Below, piece by piece: positions 1 through 9,262 of a DNA stretch of 63,254 nucleotides. Below the pieces are notes generated by a model that saw nothing but the letters and a program-made list of their open reading frames with translations, ran no database searches and was not told the origin of the DNA. The translations under genes and the position numbers were made by a program. Position 1 is the stretch's first letter. Each line of letters starts with the position of its first letter. This DNA comes from Cellvibrionaceae bacterium (GTDB taxonomy: Bacteria; Chloroflexota; Anaerolineae; Promineifilales; Promineifilaceae): the NCBI GenBank assembly GCA_047638855.1, contig JBLIMP010000001.1:1-63254 (forward strand), read 5' to 3'.

Positions 1-420
1 CGACTCAATCTGATCAAAGGGGGCGGTGGTGCTCTTTTACGCGAGAAGATCGTGGCACAAATGACCAAACGACTTGTCATTTGTGTAGATTCATCTAAGC
101 AAGTATCACTCTTAGGCGAAACTTGGGCTGTTCCTGTCGAAGTGGTTCACTTTGGATGGGAGTCGCAAAAACGATACTTAGAATCGATTGGTGCTACGGT
201 GCAAGTTCGCCAAGATGATAAAGGAGAGGCCTATCTAACCGATGGGGGCAACCTGATCCTCGATGCGAAATTCGGCCGGATATATAACATTCTTGCACTG
301 GAAACCAAGCTACAACGGCGAGTTGGCATCGTTGAAAGCGGCCTCTTTTTTGAAATGGCCCATGACCTCATTGTGGCAAGACCTGAAGGTGTCAAACACA
401 TTCAAGGACGAATTGCGTGA
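1..420 (+). CDS. rpiA: ribose-5-phosphate isomerase A, C-terminal ~140 aa (5' end outside the window)
   Basis: Frame 1 is open from nt 1 (RLNLIKGGGGALLREKIVAQ...) and runs into the 52..420 ORF. The GGGxALLREKI and TDGGNLILD motifs are typical of RpiA. Confidence 0.8.
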   Translation, partial: RLNLIKGGGGALLREKIVAQMTKRLVICVDSSKQVSLLGETWAVPVEVVHFGWESQKRYLESIGATVQVRQDDKGEAYLTDGGNLILDAKFGRIYNILALETKLQRRVGIVESGLFFEMAHDLIVARPEGVKHIQGRIA

Positions 421-1208
421 CTTTTTTAGGATACGGGGTTGATTTTTGGATCATCGCCTTTATCGCAGTTGCTCTAATCGGCTTATCGAAGGCCGGCTTT
501 GGAGGCGGTGTCGGGGCGATAGCCACCCCGTTAATGGCTCTGATCATGCCAGTGCCAGAAGCGGCCGCCTTGTTGCTCCCTATCTTGATTCTAGCTGATC
601 AAGCCGCTGTGTATAAATACAGAAATCGCTTTGACGCTAAAACGATTTGGGTGGCCCTGCCTGGGGCTATCATCGGGATCGGAATCGCATGGTTTGCATT
701 TGATCAGCTTCAATCGGCCGAAAACGAGCGGGCCTTGAAGATCGGCATCGGCGTTATTTCAATCGCTTTTCTTGTTTTTCAACTTTCTCGTGAATATGTT
801 TTCAAACGGATCGATGGGATCCGTCTTCCAGACTGGGCAGGTTTCGCTTTAGGCGCAACATCTGGATTCACCTCCACGTTAGCCCATGTGGGTGGCCCTC
901 CCTTCCATATTTATTTGATTCCACAAAAGCTCGATCGTGATATTTTTGTAGGCACCAACTCATGGATGTTTTGGGCAGTAAATTTAATCAAGCTCATCCC
1001 CTTTGGCTTTTTGGGGCTTTTAACCATTGGCAATTTAACGATCACGCTTGTGCTGATTCCGTTTGTGATCATGGGAGTTTATCTGGGCTTTTGGCTCAAC
1101 GGCCGAATGCGCCAAGATGTCTTTAATTGGATCATCTACATCCTATTGGCCGTAACCGGCGTGCAACTTATTTTAGGCCGTAGTTTGCTGAGTCTTATTC
1201 TGGGGTAG
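417..1208 (+). CDS. TauE/SafE (TSUP, DUF81) family anion exporter membrane protein
   Basis: 263 aa with multiple hydrophobic helices and the N-terminal LSKAGFGGGVG glycine motif typical of the family. The GTG start overlaps the rpiA stop (GTGA). Confidence 0.8.
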   Translation: MTFLGYGVDFWIIAFIAVALIGLSKAGFGGGVGAIATPLMALIMPVPEAAALLLPILILADQAAVYKYRNRFDAKTIWVALPGAIIGIGIAWFAFDQLQSAENERALKIGIGVISIAFLVFQLSREYVFKRIDGIRLPDWAGFALGATSGFTSTLAHVGGPPFHIYLIPQKLDRDIFVGTNSWMFWAVNLIKLIPFGFLGLLTIGNLTITLVLIPFVIMGVYLGFWLNGRMRQDVFNWIIYILLAVTGVQLILGRSLLSLILG

Positions 1209-1510
1209 AAATTTTTCAACTATTCAGCACCTATGCGTAGTAATGGCTTCAGCCGTTGTTTTTCCGATTAAAGCGACTCAAGTCGCACCTACAAACAGCA
1301 TGGGGGCCCTTTACAACTGAGTTTTACCCAACTTATGATTTCATGCCGATTTGGTAGCAGAATTGAGCCAAAGCACTTGAAACGTAACTAATTTAGATCG
1401 AACGGCTATTCTTAGAACCGAAAAAAGCATTTCGCCGTGTAAAAGGTGAGCCTAACAGATTCGTAGGTAGAATCATTCTAATTCAACTTTTAAATAGGAA
1501 GAGATTTAGG

Positions 1511-2632
1511 ATGATTTTAAATCAACAGCAAAAAGAAAAGATCATTGCTTTTGGGCACAAACTAATCGATCAAGAAAATGGCCGCATTGTTGTGCCTGCT
1601 ACGCAAGCCAAGAATGGCTTTTGGTTTGGTGGGGGAAACTTAACAGAGGGGGCTGACGGTAAACTATACCTGGTCGGCCGCTATCGCAACTTTGGCGATT
1701 CACGCACCGGGTTAGGCATGGGAGAACGGGGGCTGGAGCTGGCGATTTTCTGTTCAGAAGATCACGGTCAATCATTTGAAAAGGTGTTTTCAATGAGCAA
1801 AGCTGATTTATCCCGCCAGCACACGGCCGGATGGGAAACCCTCTCGATTGAAGGGGCCGCTTTGCATTTTAGTGAACATGGGGTTGAACTTTTTGTTTCA
1901 TCTGAGAAGAAAATAGGATATCCGGCTGAACTCGAAAATTACCTCAAGCCTGGCTCCGGCCGATGGACAATCGAGCAGGCGCAAGCCGCTACGCTCGACG
2001 AGCTAATGACTGCTCCTTTTAAGACAATTGTGGAAAGTGATGACCCTCGATGGCTGCACCCCAAAGATCCTTTCTTTAAAATTCAGCAGAACGGTGATCT
2101 GTTGCTTGGCTTTGTGACCCATCCTTTTAATTGGGCCGGATCAAATTCCGGCTATGCGGTGCGCAAAGCTGGGCAAGATGCGTTTGACCCGGCCGTGTTT
2201 GGCTTTTTTCCAACCGGTGTCACATGGGACATTGCGATTAGCCGCATCACCGGCTGGTTGCCGATTCCGCAGACCGGGGTTTTTGCCGATGGGGTGAGTC
2301 GGACGCTTGTCTTTTATGACGGTGGTGAATGTATGCGTGACTTGGATGAACATTCATCAGCGCTCAAACGGCCGCGTGGCTACTCTTGTGAAGAGCTAGG
2401 TGGGTTGGCGGTTGCAGACGCATCGGGCACGGCCGATTTTGAACGGCTATCGATTTTGGGACCATCGTTTGTTTCTCTGCATGGTAGTGGGTGTAGTCGC
2501 TATGTGGATGTGTTAGAAACGGCCGATGGCTATTACGCCACATGGCAGCAGTCTCAACCTGATTTTTCTCAGCCGCTGGTGATGAACTTTGTGAGCCGAG
2601 TCGAAGCGGAGAGGGTTTTAAGCCAACTCTGA
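1511..2632 (+). CDS. uncharacterised soluble protein with one Asp-box-like motif (possible beta-propeller fold)
   Basis: 373-aa ORF with a purine-rich stretch (AGGAAGAG) about 10 nt upstream of the ATG. SEDHGQSF resembles a BNR SxDxGxTW box. I do not recognise a family. Confidence 0.55.
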   Translation: MILNQQQKEKIIAFGHKLIDQENGRIVVPATQAKNGFWFGGGNLTEGADGKLYLVGRYRNFGDSRTGLGMGERGLELAIFCSEDHGQSFEKVFSMSKADLSRQHTAGWETLSIEGAALHFSEHGVELFVSSEKKIGYPAELENYLKPGSGRWTIEQAQAATLDELMTAPFKTIVESDDPRWLHPKDPFFKIQQNGDLLLGFVTHPFNWAGSNSGYAVRKAGQDAFDPAVFGFFPTGVTWDIAISRITGWLPIPQTGVFADGVSRTLVFYDGGECMRDLDEHSSALKRPRGYSCEELGGLAVADASGTADFERLSILGPSFVSLHGSGCSRYVDVLETADGYYATWQQSQPDFSQPLVMNFVSRVEAERVLSQL

Positions 2633-2649
2633 AAAACAAGCGTTTAGCG

Positions 2650-2686
2650 AGATAGATTAGGGGGTGGCTGTGGGGCGATTTTGGTG
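2650..2686 (+). repeat. truncated copy C of the same repeat
   Basis: AGATAGATTAGGGGGTGGCTGTGGGGCGATTTTGGTG aligns (about 33/37) with copy B positions 61562-61571 joined directly to 61611-61637. The 5' arm and loop of hairpin 1 are therefore missing. Confidence 0.6.
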
Positions 2687-2699
2687 CTAATTCGTCCCA

Positions 2700-3611
2700 T
2701 CACCTCAAAATGTAGCAAATATCTTCAATCGCTTTTTTCGTTTCAGGCATGCCAAACAACAGCCACGCATGCTGCATTTCTGGGTAAGCAAACAACTCAG
2801 CCTCACCTCCGGCCGACCTTACCTTTTCCACAAAGTCCCGCCCTTGTGGGTGCAGCACATCCCACGTTCCGGTAAACACATAAACCGGTGCAACCCCCGC
2901 CAAATCGCCAAACCACGGCGACACCAGCGGGTCAGTTGTCTCTCGCTCGCCAGCGTAAAACTTCCCACATGTAATCAATCCATCTATCCCCAAAATCAAA
3001 TCTTTTGAGTCGATTGATCGTGTTTCAGAGTGTGACATCGTTACGTCTAACCACGGGTACAGCAAAATGGTTGATTTTGGCTGCGGCCGACCGATATCCC
3101 GTAAATACAAGCTTAGTGCCATCGCCAAACCGCCCCCGGCCGAGTCTCCCATTAAAACCACATTTTCAACCCCGTATCGCTCAACCAAAAGATCGTACGC
3201 TTTCAAAGTCTTTTCAAGCACAGCCGTACATGTATATTCTGGAGCCAAAGGATAATCAAAAACCGCGATGTGACAGTCACCCTCCATCCCTACCTTCTCC
3301 ACAAACCCCCAATGTGCGGTTGCAATCCCCAAAACATAAGCCCCACCGTGTAGAGAAAGCACAACCTTTTGACGTCGGCCGATTTGATGTATGTGTAGAG
3401 CAAAGCCATCAATATCAACCTGTTCATACAGGTGTTTGTGTACAAGCGCGTCGGCCGGTTTTGACTGATACCCACGGCCTGCATGAGCCTTATCTAGTAT
3501 CTCTTGAAACTTTTCAGGTTTATGTTCTGCTTTGTAGAAATCCCCAAACATCTTTTTCGTTCGTAACAGCCTGAGCAACAAATTCATCAACCGGCTTTGA
3601 ATACTTTGCAT
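2700..3611 (-). CDS. alpha/beta hydrolase, hormone-sensitive-lipase-type esterase/lipase
   Basis: HGGAY oxyanion motif and GDSAGG nucleophile elbow; 303 aa. Confidence 0.85.
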   Translation of the reverse strand: MQSIQSRLMNLLLRLLRTKKMFGDFYKAEHKPEKFQEILDKAHAGRGYQSKPADALVHKHLYEQVDIDGFALHIHQIGRRQKVVLSLHGGAYVLGIATAHWGFVEKVGMEGDCHIAVFDYPLAPEYTCTAVLEKTLKAYDLLVERYGVENVVLMGDSAGGGLAMALSLYLRDIGRPQPKSTILLYPWLDVTMSHSETRSIDSKDLILGIDGLITCGKFYAGERETTDPLVSPWFGDLAGVAPVYVFTGTWDVLHPQGRDFVEKVRSAGGEAELFAYPEMQHAWLLFGMPETKKAIEDICYILR

Positions 3612-3743
3612 TTCTTTCTCCTGCGTATCATCTTGCCAGATTGTAACCCTTTTTAGCCCTGCTTAATAAAAAAGAGCATTTGCCTTTCCTCGGATTCCAC
3701 AAGCTTAGCCGCCGTTATTTTTAATGAACTGGATCAATTCGAT

Positions 3744-3783
3744 ATAGGTATTGTTCTTCACTCAAGCAAAAAACAATACCTAT
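3744..3783 (-). terminator. candidate terminator hairpin downstream of the YHYH gene
   Basis: Perfect 12-bp stem ATAGGTATTGTT/AACAATACCTAT with a 16-nt loop. No clear U-tract follows. Confidence 0.3.
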
Positions 3784-3828
3784 AAACTTGCAAAACTAAA
3801 ATGTGAAGCAATTTATCAATCAATGGAA

Positions 3829-4611
3829 TTATTCTTGGGCTTCTTCAAACTCCGCTTCAATATCTGCTAGCGTTGGGGGGTGATAGCCTTGAATTTCTCC
3901 AGAAAAACAAATGAGGCTATAAGGAGCTTCATCAATTAAATGATAATGAAAAATACCACCTGGAAATTCTGGCGTGGGGCCGATGTGACCGCGACATTGA
4001 TTTAGATCAGTGGGCGTTTTTCCATTTTTGCCTTGCGCTCCATAGATTGGAAAACCATCTAAAGCGATGCCGATGACATGGGAATGTTGCCCAGGTCGAT
4101 CAACAATATCAGTAATACAAACCGGCCGACCGTGATAATGATAGGAGCCTGGCGGTGATGGATGTCCCCAACAGCTGTCAAAAAACGAGATACCGTCTAC
4201 TTCAAACGCATCATCTTGAGCGACAGAAACTTGATCCCCTTCATATGGATTGTAGAGCGGTGCTCCACTTAGCATGAGTCCCACTTCATTCAAACCCGTG
4301 TAAGTGGGTTGGTCGGCCAATTCCGGGTTGAGAGTAATTTCTATGTCTAAAGGGCTTTCAACCACATATGTAAAGAAGGTGCTGACACCGTCTAAGTCAA
4401 GACCGATGTACTGATCCAAATATTCATGATCGGGTAATCCATTTGTTGAAATAGCGAATTGGTCTGTTCCAACAATAAGCCCGACATGGTCGGCCCAAGA
4501 CATGTTTTCCACAACATCACCCGTATTCACAATACGATTTGATGATCTGCACCCGCTGGCTAATATGAGCGGCACAACTAACAGTAAAAACAGATAACGT
4601 CTACTCTTCAT
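3829..4611 (-). CDS. YHYH-domain lipoprotein
   Basis: Lipobox LILASGC after a signal peptide. SYHYHG and FHYHL motifs are typical of YHYH proteins. Confidence 0.75.
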   Translation of the reverse strand: MKSRRYLFLLLVVPLILASGCRSSNRIVNTGDVVENMSWADHVGLIVGTDQFAISTNGLPDHEYLDQYIGLDLDGVSTFFTYVVESPLDIEITLNPELADQPTYTGLNEVGLMLSGAPLYNPYEGDQVSVAQDDAFEVDGISFFDSCWGHPSPPGSYHYHGRPVCITDIVDRPGQHSHVIGIALDGFPIYGAQGKNGKTPTDLNQCRGHIGPTPEFPGGIFHYHLIDEAPYSLICFSGEIQGYHPPTLADIEAEFEEAQE

Positions 4612-4701
4612 TAATTCCTCTTTTCCCAGTATAGGTCAATTCCAATGTAGTTGGCATTTAACATGAAGACTGGCTCGCCCTATCCCGCTCAATTAACTGC
4701 T

Positions 4702-5616
4702 TTAAGCCATTTCTTTTTCTAGGGTTGCCCGCATTTTTTGTAGCCCTGCTTCTAGCGAAAGCTCCGGCCGCCAGCCGGTTAACGTCTCGCTTTGGGCCAC
4801 ATTTGCAACCTGGACAGGTGCTTCCCCCGGCCGGCTGGGTAATGCTCCGATAAGCGGCTCTCCTCGGCTCTGACTGATTTTGTAGATTGTTTGCACCATT
4901 TTTGCCACACTGTGGCACTCCCCTGTGCCTAGCTCCATCGTTTCACCGGGCGCCAACTTTGTTTGGCCCATTAGTGCTAGAAAGCCAGACACCACATCGT
5001 TCACATGAATCCAATCCCGCTTTTGCGCCCCGGTCGTCATTGGAAAGTCTTCATGCCGGAGTGCGGCCGACATAGCGGCCGGAACAATGGCCCGGTGTGG
5101 TTGCCACGGGCCATATGCTTGGAAAATCATTCCGCCTAAAATCGGAAAGTTGCGCGTACGAGCGTACATTTCGCAAAAGTGCCATCCGGCCAACTTGCTG
5201 GCCGCATAAGGGTTCATTTTTGTCAACTCACCCGGGGTGCGGGCTACAATCATCTTTTTTGTTGTAACGTTTTTTTCAAAGCAAGCTTCAAGAAGATTGA
5301 TCATCCCATCCACGTTATGGCGTACCGCTTTGTGCGGGGGCAAGAAAGGATCGGTTGAACCCACAGCGGCCAAATGCACCACAATGTCAGGGGCTGCATC
5401 CCGCACAGCCCGATTAACTAAACTTTGAGTACGTAAATCTGCAAAAAAAAGATCAACTTTCTCACGTAAGTCATTAATTGGCGTAGGTAATGGGGTTCCC
5501 ATCCCGTATGGCTCCCGAACAAGTAAGCAAACATCATGCTGGTTGTCGGCAATGAGCCGGTTCACCAGATTTTTTCCGATAAAACCGGTCCCGCCGGTAA
5601 TGAGCACTCGTGACAT
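4702..5616 (-). CDS. NAD-dependent epimerase/dehydratase (extended SDR)
   Basis: N-terminal ITGGTGFIGKNL Rossmann motif and a YAASK catalytic motif; 304 aa. Confidence 0.85.
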   Translation of the reverse strand: MSRVLITGGTGFIGKNLVNRLIADNQHDVCLLVREPYGMGTPLPTPINDLREKVDLFFADLRTQSLVNRAVRDAAPDIVVHLAAVGSTDPFLPPHKAVRHNVDGMINLLEACFEKNVTTKKMIVARTPGELTKMNPYAASKLAGWHFCEMYARTRNFPILGGMIFQAYGPWQPHRAIVPAAMSAALRHEDFPMTTGAQKRDWIHVNDVVSGFLALMGQTKLAPGETMELGTGECHSVAKMVQTIYKISQSRGEPLIGALPSRPGEAPVQVANVAQSETLTGWRPELSLEAGLQKMRATLEKEMA

Positions 5617-5690
5617 AAAGTTATTGTATCAAAAACCGCTAGGCCAGTGACCCGTAATTAGGGATCAGTGCAAAACCCACAAATCGCTTG

Positions 5691-6527
5691 TTACCACACC
5701 CGCCATGGAGCGGATTCATCCCACGCTCTTTTAAGCTCTAAAGCGTCTTTTAACGTCTTCATCGATTGCCAATGCCCTTTATGCTGATATAGCATGAGCT
5801 GATTATCACGCGCTAGCCCCGGTAAAATATCGTTTTCAAGATGCAGCTCTTCAGATTGATCTCCACTTGAAATCATATCTAGAATTTCCCGCTCAAAAAT
5901 CATAAAACCGCCATTAATCCAATAGGGTAACTTTGGTTTTTCTTGAAAGCCGGTCACCGCACCATCAGGGGTTGAATCGATGACCCCATATTGAAAATCA
6001 ACTTGAATGCCTGTGACTGTCGCCAGTTTGCCATGTGCCTTGTGAAAGTCCATGAGCGCTGTTAGATCGATATCGCTGACCGCTTCCCCATACGCCACAA
6101 AAAAACGGTCACAATTTTCAAGATACGGCCGTAATTTGCCAATTCGTGCCGCTTTTTCTGTTGTTAACCCAGTATCGACCATTGTGATATGCCAGGGATC
6201 ATGTTCTGGCCGTTTGCCAAAATTGATAGCCGGCCGCCCCGTATCATGTTGGTCTTGGGCCAAAGTCAATGTGACATCGCGCGACATCATCTCGTATTCT
6301 AAAAAGTAACGGCGGACTTGCTCGCCCAAATGGCCCAAGGCTAAGTTGAAATGGTTGTGCCCATAGGCCGAAAAGATGCGTAGAACATGCCACAGTAGCG
6401 GCCGACCGCCGATGTCAATCAGCTCTTTTTTGGTTAGCGTGTCCCCCATGCGTGTCCCTTGCCCGCCACATAGAATAACGACAGGGGTTGCGGTTTCAGA
6501 TGTCGATTTGTCGGATGATTTATTCAA
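5691..6527 (-). CDS. rfbF: glucose-1-phosphate cytidylyltransferase
   Basis: VILCGGQGTRM nucleotidyltransferase motif, length of about 260-280 aa and a C-terminal APWRVW tail typical of RfbF. It lies adjacent to the SDR epimerase. Confidence 0.75.
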   Translation of the reverse strand: MNKSSDKSTSETATPVVILCGGQGTRMGDTLTKKELIDIGGRPLLWHVLRIFSAYGHNHFNLALGHLGEQVRRYFLEYEMMSRDVTLTLAQDQHDTGRPAINFGKRPEHDPWHITMVDTGLTTEKAARIGKLRPYLENCDRFFVAYGEAVSDIDLTALMDFHKAHGKLATVTGIQVDFQYGVIDSTPDGAVTGFQEKPKLPYWINGGFMIFEREILDMISSGDQSEELHLENDILPGLARDNQLMLYQHKGHWQSMKTLKDALELKRAWDESAPWRVW

Positions 6528-6537
6528 ATGAATGTTA

Positions 6538-6578
6538 GAAATCAGAAATCAGTCAATTACTTATGAATCAACTGATTT
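6538..6578. repeat. word-repeat spacer: GAAATCAG/AAATCAG direct plus inverted ACTGATTT
   Basis: Lies between the rfbF start and the mtnA stop. The 8-bp stem is 6546-6553 paired with 6571-6578. Confidence 0.75.
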
Positions 6579-6590
6579 GCTAAAAATGTA

Positions 6591-7649
6591 TTATTCAGGT
6601 TTACCCTGAGCCAATTCAACGGCCGCACGCAGGTTTTTTACATAGGGTGCATGGATGATACCCACCTCGGTCACGATGCCGGTTACATACCGATGGGGTG
6701 TCACATCGAAGGCGGGATTGCGGGCGGTAATCCCTTCAGGAGCAATGGTTTTGCCAAAAACAGACACAACCTCTTCCATGCTTCGCTCTTCGATAGGGAT
6801 TTTGTCCCCATGATCCAGATCTAAGTCGATGGTGCTGGTTGGCACAACGGGGTAGAACGGGATTCCGTTTTCTTTTGCCAGTACGGCTACATTGTAGGTG
6901 CCGATCTTATTGGCAACGTCCCCATTGGCGGCCGTGCGGTCTGATCCAACCAAACAAATGTCAATTTCACCTGCACGCATAAAGTGGCCTGAGGCATTGT
7001 CGGCGATTAGATCAAACGAAACACCACGCTCTTTAAGCTCCCAGCAGGTGAGCCGAGCCCCTTGTAGGCGCGGCCGGGTTTCGTCAACCAACACATGGAT
7101 GTTTTTACCTTGCTCGTGAGCCGCATAAATCACACCTAAAGCTGTTCCCCAGTCAACTGTCGCAAGTGCGCCGGTGTTGCAGTGGTGCAAAATCGTGTCT
7201 CCGTCAGAGATCAACTCAGCCCCGTGAAATCCCATCCTGCGATTTAAAGCAACGTCATCGTCAGCGATTTTTTGCGCTTTTACAAGCAGTGCATTCCGTA
7301 TGTCATCGATGTGTTCGAGCGATTCATCGGTGACGACCCGCATTTGTTGAGCAACAGCCCACATGAGGTTAACGGCGGTCGGCCGGGATGCGTTTAGCAC
7401 GTCGGCCGCCTGCTCCATTTCAGCGATAAAGGCCAAACGATCGTTTGATTTAGCTTGCATTGCGGCTAAAACCATCCCGAAAGCGGCAGTTGCCCCGATG
7501 GCCGGTGCACCACGCACCACCATTGTGGTAATGCCTGTCGCCGTTGACTCATAATCTGAAAACTCTGCAATTTCAAACGACCAAGGGAGCTTGGTCTGGT
7601 CGGTCATTTTTAGTGTGTTGGAATCATAATCCCAATAGACGGTTCTCAT
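6591..7649 (-). CDS. mtnA: S-methyl-5-thioribose-1-phosphate isomerase
   Basis: N-terminus ...LKMTDQTKLP..., a VRGAPAIGATAAFG motif and an eIF-2B-like fold of typical length (352 aa). Confidence 0.85.
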   Translation of the reverse strand: MRTVYWDYDSNTLKMTDQTKLPWSFEIAEFSDYESTATGITTMVVRGAPAIGATAAFGMVLAAMQAKSNDRLAFIAEMEQAADVLNASRPTAVNLMWAVAQQMRVVTDESLEHIDDIRNALLVKAQKIADDDVALNRRMGFHGAELISDGDTILHHCNTGALATVDWGTALGVIYAAHEQGKNIHVLVDETRPRLQGARLTCWELKERGVSFDLIADNASGHFMRAGEIDICLVGSDRTAANGDVANKIGTYNVAVLAKENGIPFYPVVPTSTIDLDLDHGDKIPIEERSMEEVVSVFGKTIAPEGITARNPAFDVTPHRYVTGIVTEVGIIHAPYVKNLRAAVELAQGKPE

Positions 7650-7807
7650 AATTTAGTTTGTCCTTGCTGAAAATAATTAACGGCCCGATGATAGCTGACA
7701 ACCGGTAACAGTCAACAATCATTGGATAAATAGATCCCCTTAAAACAGGCAATAGGCAATGCCATAGAGTTCTTCTCGATCATCTTAGAAGTTGTTAAAA
7801 TGACCTG

Positions 7808-9223
7808 ATGAATTCTGCAACTGTCGATAAACCACCTGTTCGCCACGTTGACCCACAACGCCTTCTTTATACCTTAATGGTTCCGGCCGTCATTATGCCT
7901 TTAGCTGGCTGGATGTTTTCCGTCTCGTTGCCAATTATCAAAGCTGATTTTCAGATTCCGGCCGATGTCGCAGCATGGATCGTGACAACGTTCTCGTTGC
8001 CATTTATGATTTTAATGCCCGTTTACGGCCGGGTGAGCGATGGGTTGGGTAAAAGGCGTTTGTTGCTGTTTGGAATTTCAGTTTTTGCCATTGGTGGGCT
8101 AGTCGCCTTTTTCTCAACCGATATGCGGATTCTGCTGATCGGCCGATTTATTCAGGGTGTTGGAGCGTCTAGCCTGGTTCCGTTGTCCCTTGCTTTAATC
8201 AGTGAGGTGTTCCCGGCCGAAAAGCGGGGCAAAGCGATGGGGCTATGGAGCACCGTGGGGCCACTAACCGGTGTTGCGGGGCCGGTTTTGGCCGGATTTA
8301 TTGTAGCCCGGTGGGGGTGGCGTGCTGGATTTCTCCCCTCTGTGATGATGTCGATCTTGGCTCTTGTTGTTGTTTATTACTTTATTCCATCGAGCGGCAG
8401 AAGCATCAGCTTTTCATATTTAAAATCCTTTGATTGGGGCGGGGTTGTGCTATTGGCATTGACCTTAACATTTCTCTTGTTTTACTTGTCCAGTCGGCCG
8501 ATTACCGGCGTGGCCCCCTTGCAAGACTGGCGCTTGTTAGGGCTGATGTTGATTTTCGCGGCTGCCTTTGTTGCCTATGAAAATAGAAAGCCGGACCCGT
8601 TCATCAAACTAGCGATTTTAAATAATCGATCACTCGTCGTTGGCTCAGCGTGTGCTTGTTTGCGCATGATGAGCTTAAGCGGTGGATTTAGCTTTTTATT
8701 GCCGCTTTATTTGTCGCAAGTGACGGGACTTACCCCGACTCAGTATGGCTTTTATCTTATGCTGAACCCGGCCGCGATGGTTGCCTTTGTTCGCTTTGGT
8801 GGTGGCGTTGCAGACCGTTTGGGTAGCCGGAAAATCGTGATGACCGGTTTTGGCATTTTTGCGGTTGTGATGTTTACCCTGTCACGGCTTCCGGCCGATG
8901 CCCCGCCCGTCTTTATGTGGGCGGCATTGACCTTCTTTGGTGTGGGGGCAGGCTTGATGCTTGCTGCGTTGCATCGGGCCGCTTTGAACGGAATCCCAGA
9001 TGAAGATTTAGGCACCTCTTCTGGCATTTACAGCATGATTCGGTTTTTAGGGTCAGCTTTGGGTGCGGCCGTCGCCGGGATTTTATTGCAAGCTAATTTC
9101 GACAAGTTTGGATTAGATGTTTTACCCGCTTACCAGACGGTGTTTCTGTGGTTCTTCGGCTTTGCGTTGTTTGGTGTTTTTGTGGCCAACTTTCTGCCCA
9201 GAAAAGCGACCCTTGAGCTGTAA
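7808..9223 (+). CDS. MFS transporter (14-TMS DHA2-like)
   Basis: 471 aa, highly hydrophobic, with the MFS motif A GRVSDGLGKRRLL between TM2 and TM3. Confidence 0.85.
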   Translation: MNSATVDKPPVRHVDPQRLLYTLMVPAVIMPLAGWMFSVSLPIIKADFQIPADVAAWIVTTFSLPFMILMPVYGRVSDGLGKRRLLLFGISVFAIGGLVAFFSTDMRILLIGRFIQGVGASSLVPLSLALISEVFPAEKRGKAMGLWSTVGPLTGVAGPVLAGFIVARWGWRAGFLPSVMMSILALVVVYYFIPSSGRSISFSYLKSFDWGGVVLLALTLTFLLFYLSSRPITGVAPLQDWRLLGLMLIFAAAFVAYENRKPDPFIKLAILNNRSLVVGSACACLRMMSLSGGFSFLLPLYLSQVTGLTPTQYGFYLMLNPAAMVAFVRFGGGVADRLGSRKIVMTGFGIFAVVMFTLSRLPADAPPVFMWAALTFFGVGAGLMLAALHRAALNGIPDEDLGTSSGIYSMIRFLGSALGAAVAGILLQANFDKFGLDVLPAYQTVFLWFFGFALFGVFVANFLPRKATLEL

Positions 9224-9262
9224 GGCTCCCGATGTTTCAGAAAACGAAGGGAATGGGTCTGT

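Noticed and set aside
3005-3574. Long antisense or shadow ORFs in the track, e.g. 3005..3574(+), 14725..15279(+), 19121..19504(-), 30427..30774(-), 31651..32109(+), 36292..36627(+), 36984..37415(+), 45502..45861(-), 54624..54998(+), 57896..58249(-).
   Set aside because: Each lies opposite to, or out of frame within, a longer ORF that has clear family motifs. Their translations are low-complexity or Arg/Pro/Ser-rich with no recognisable motifs.
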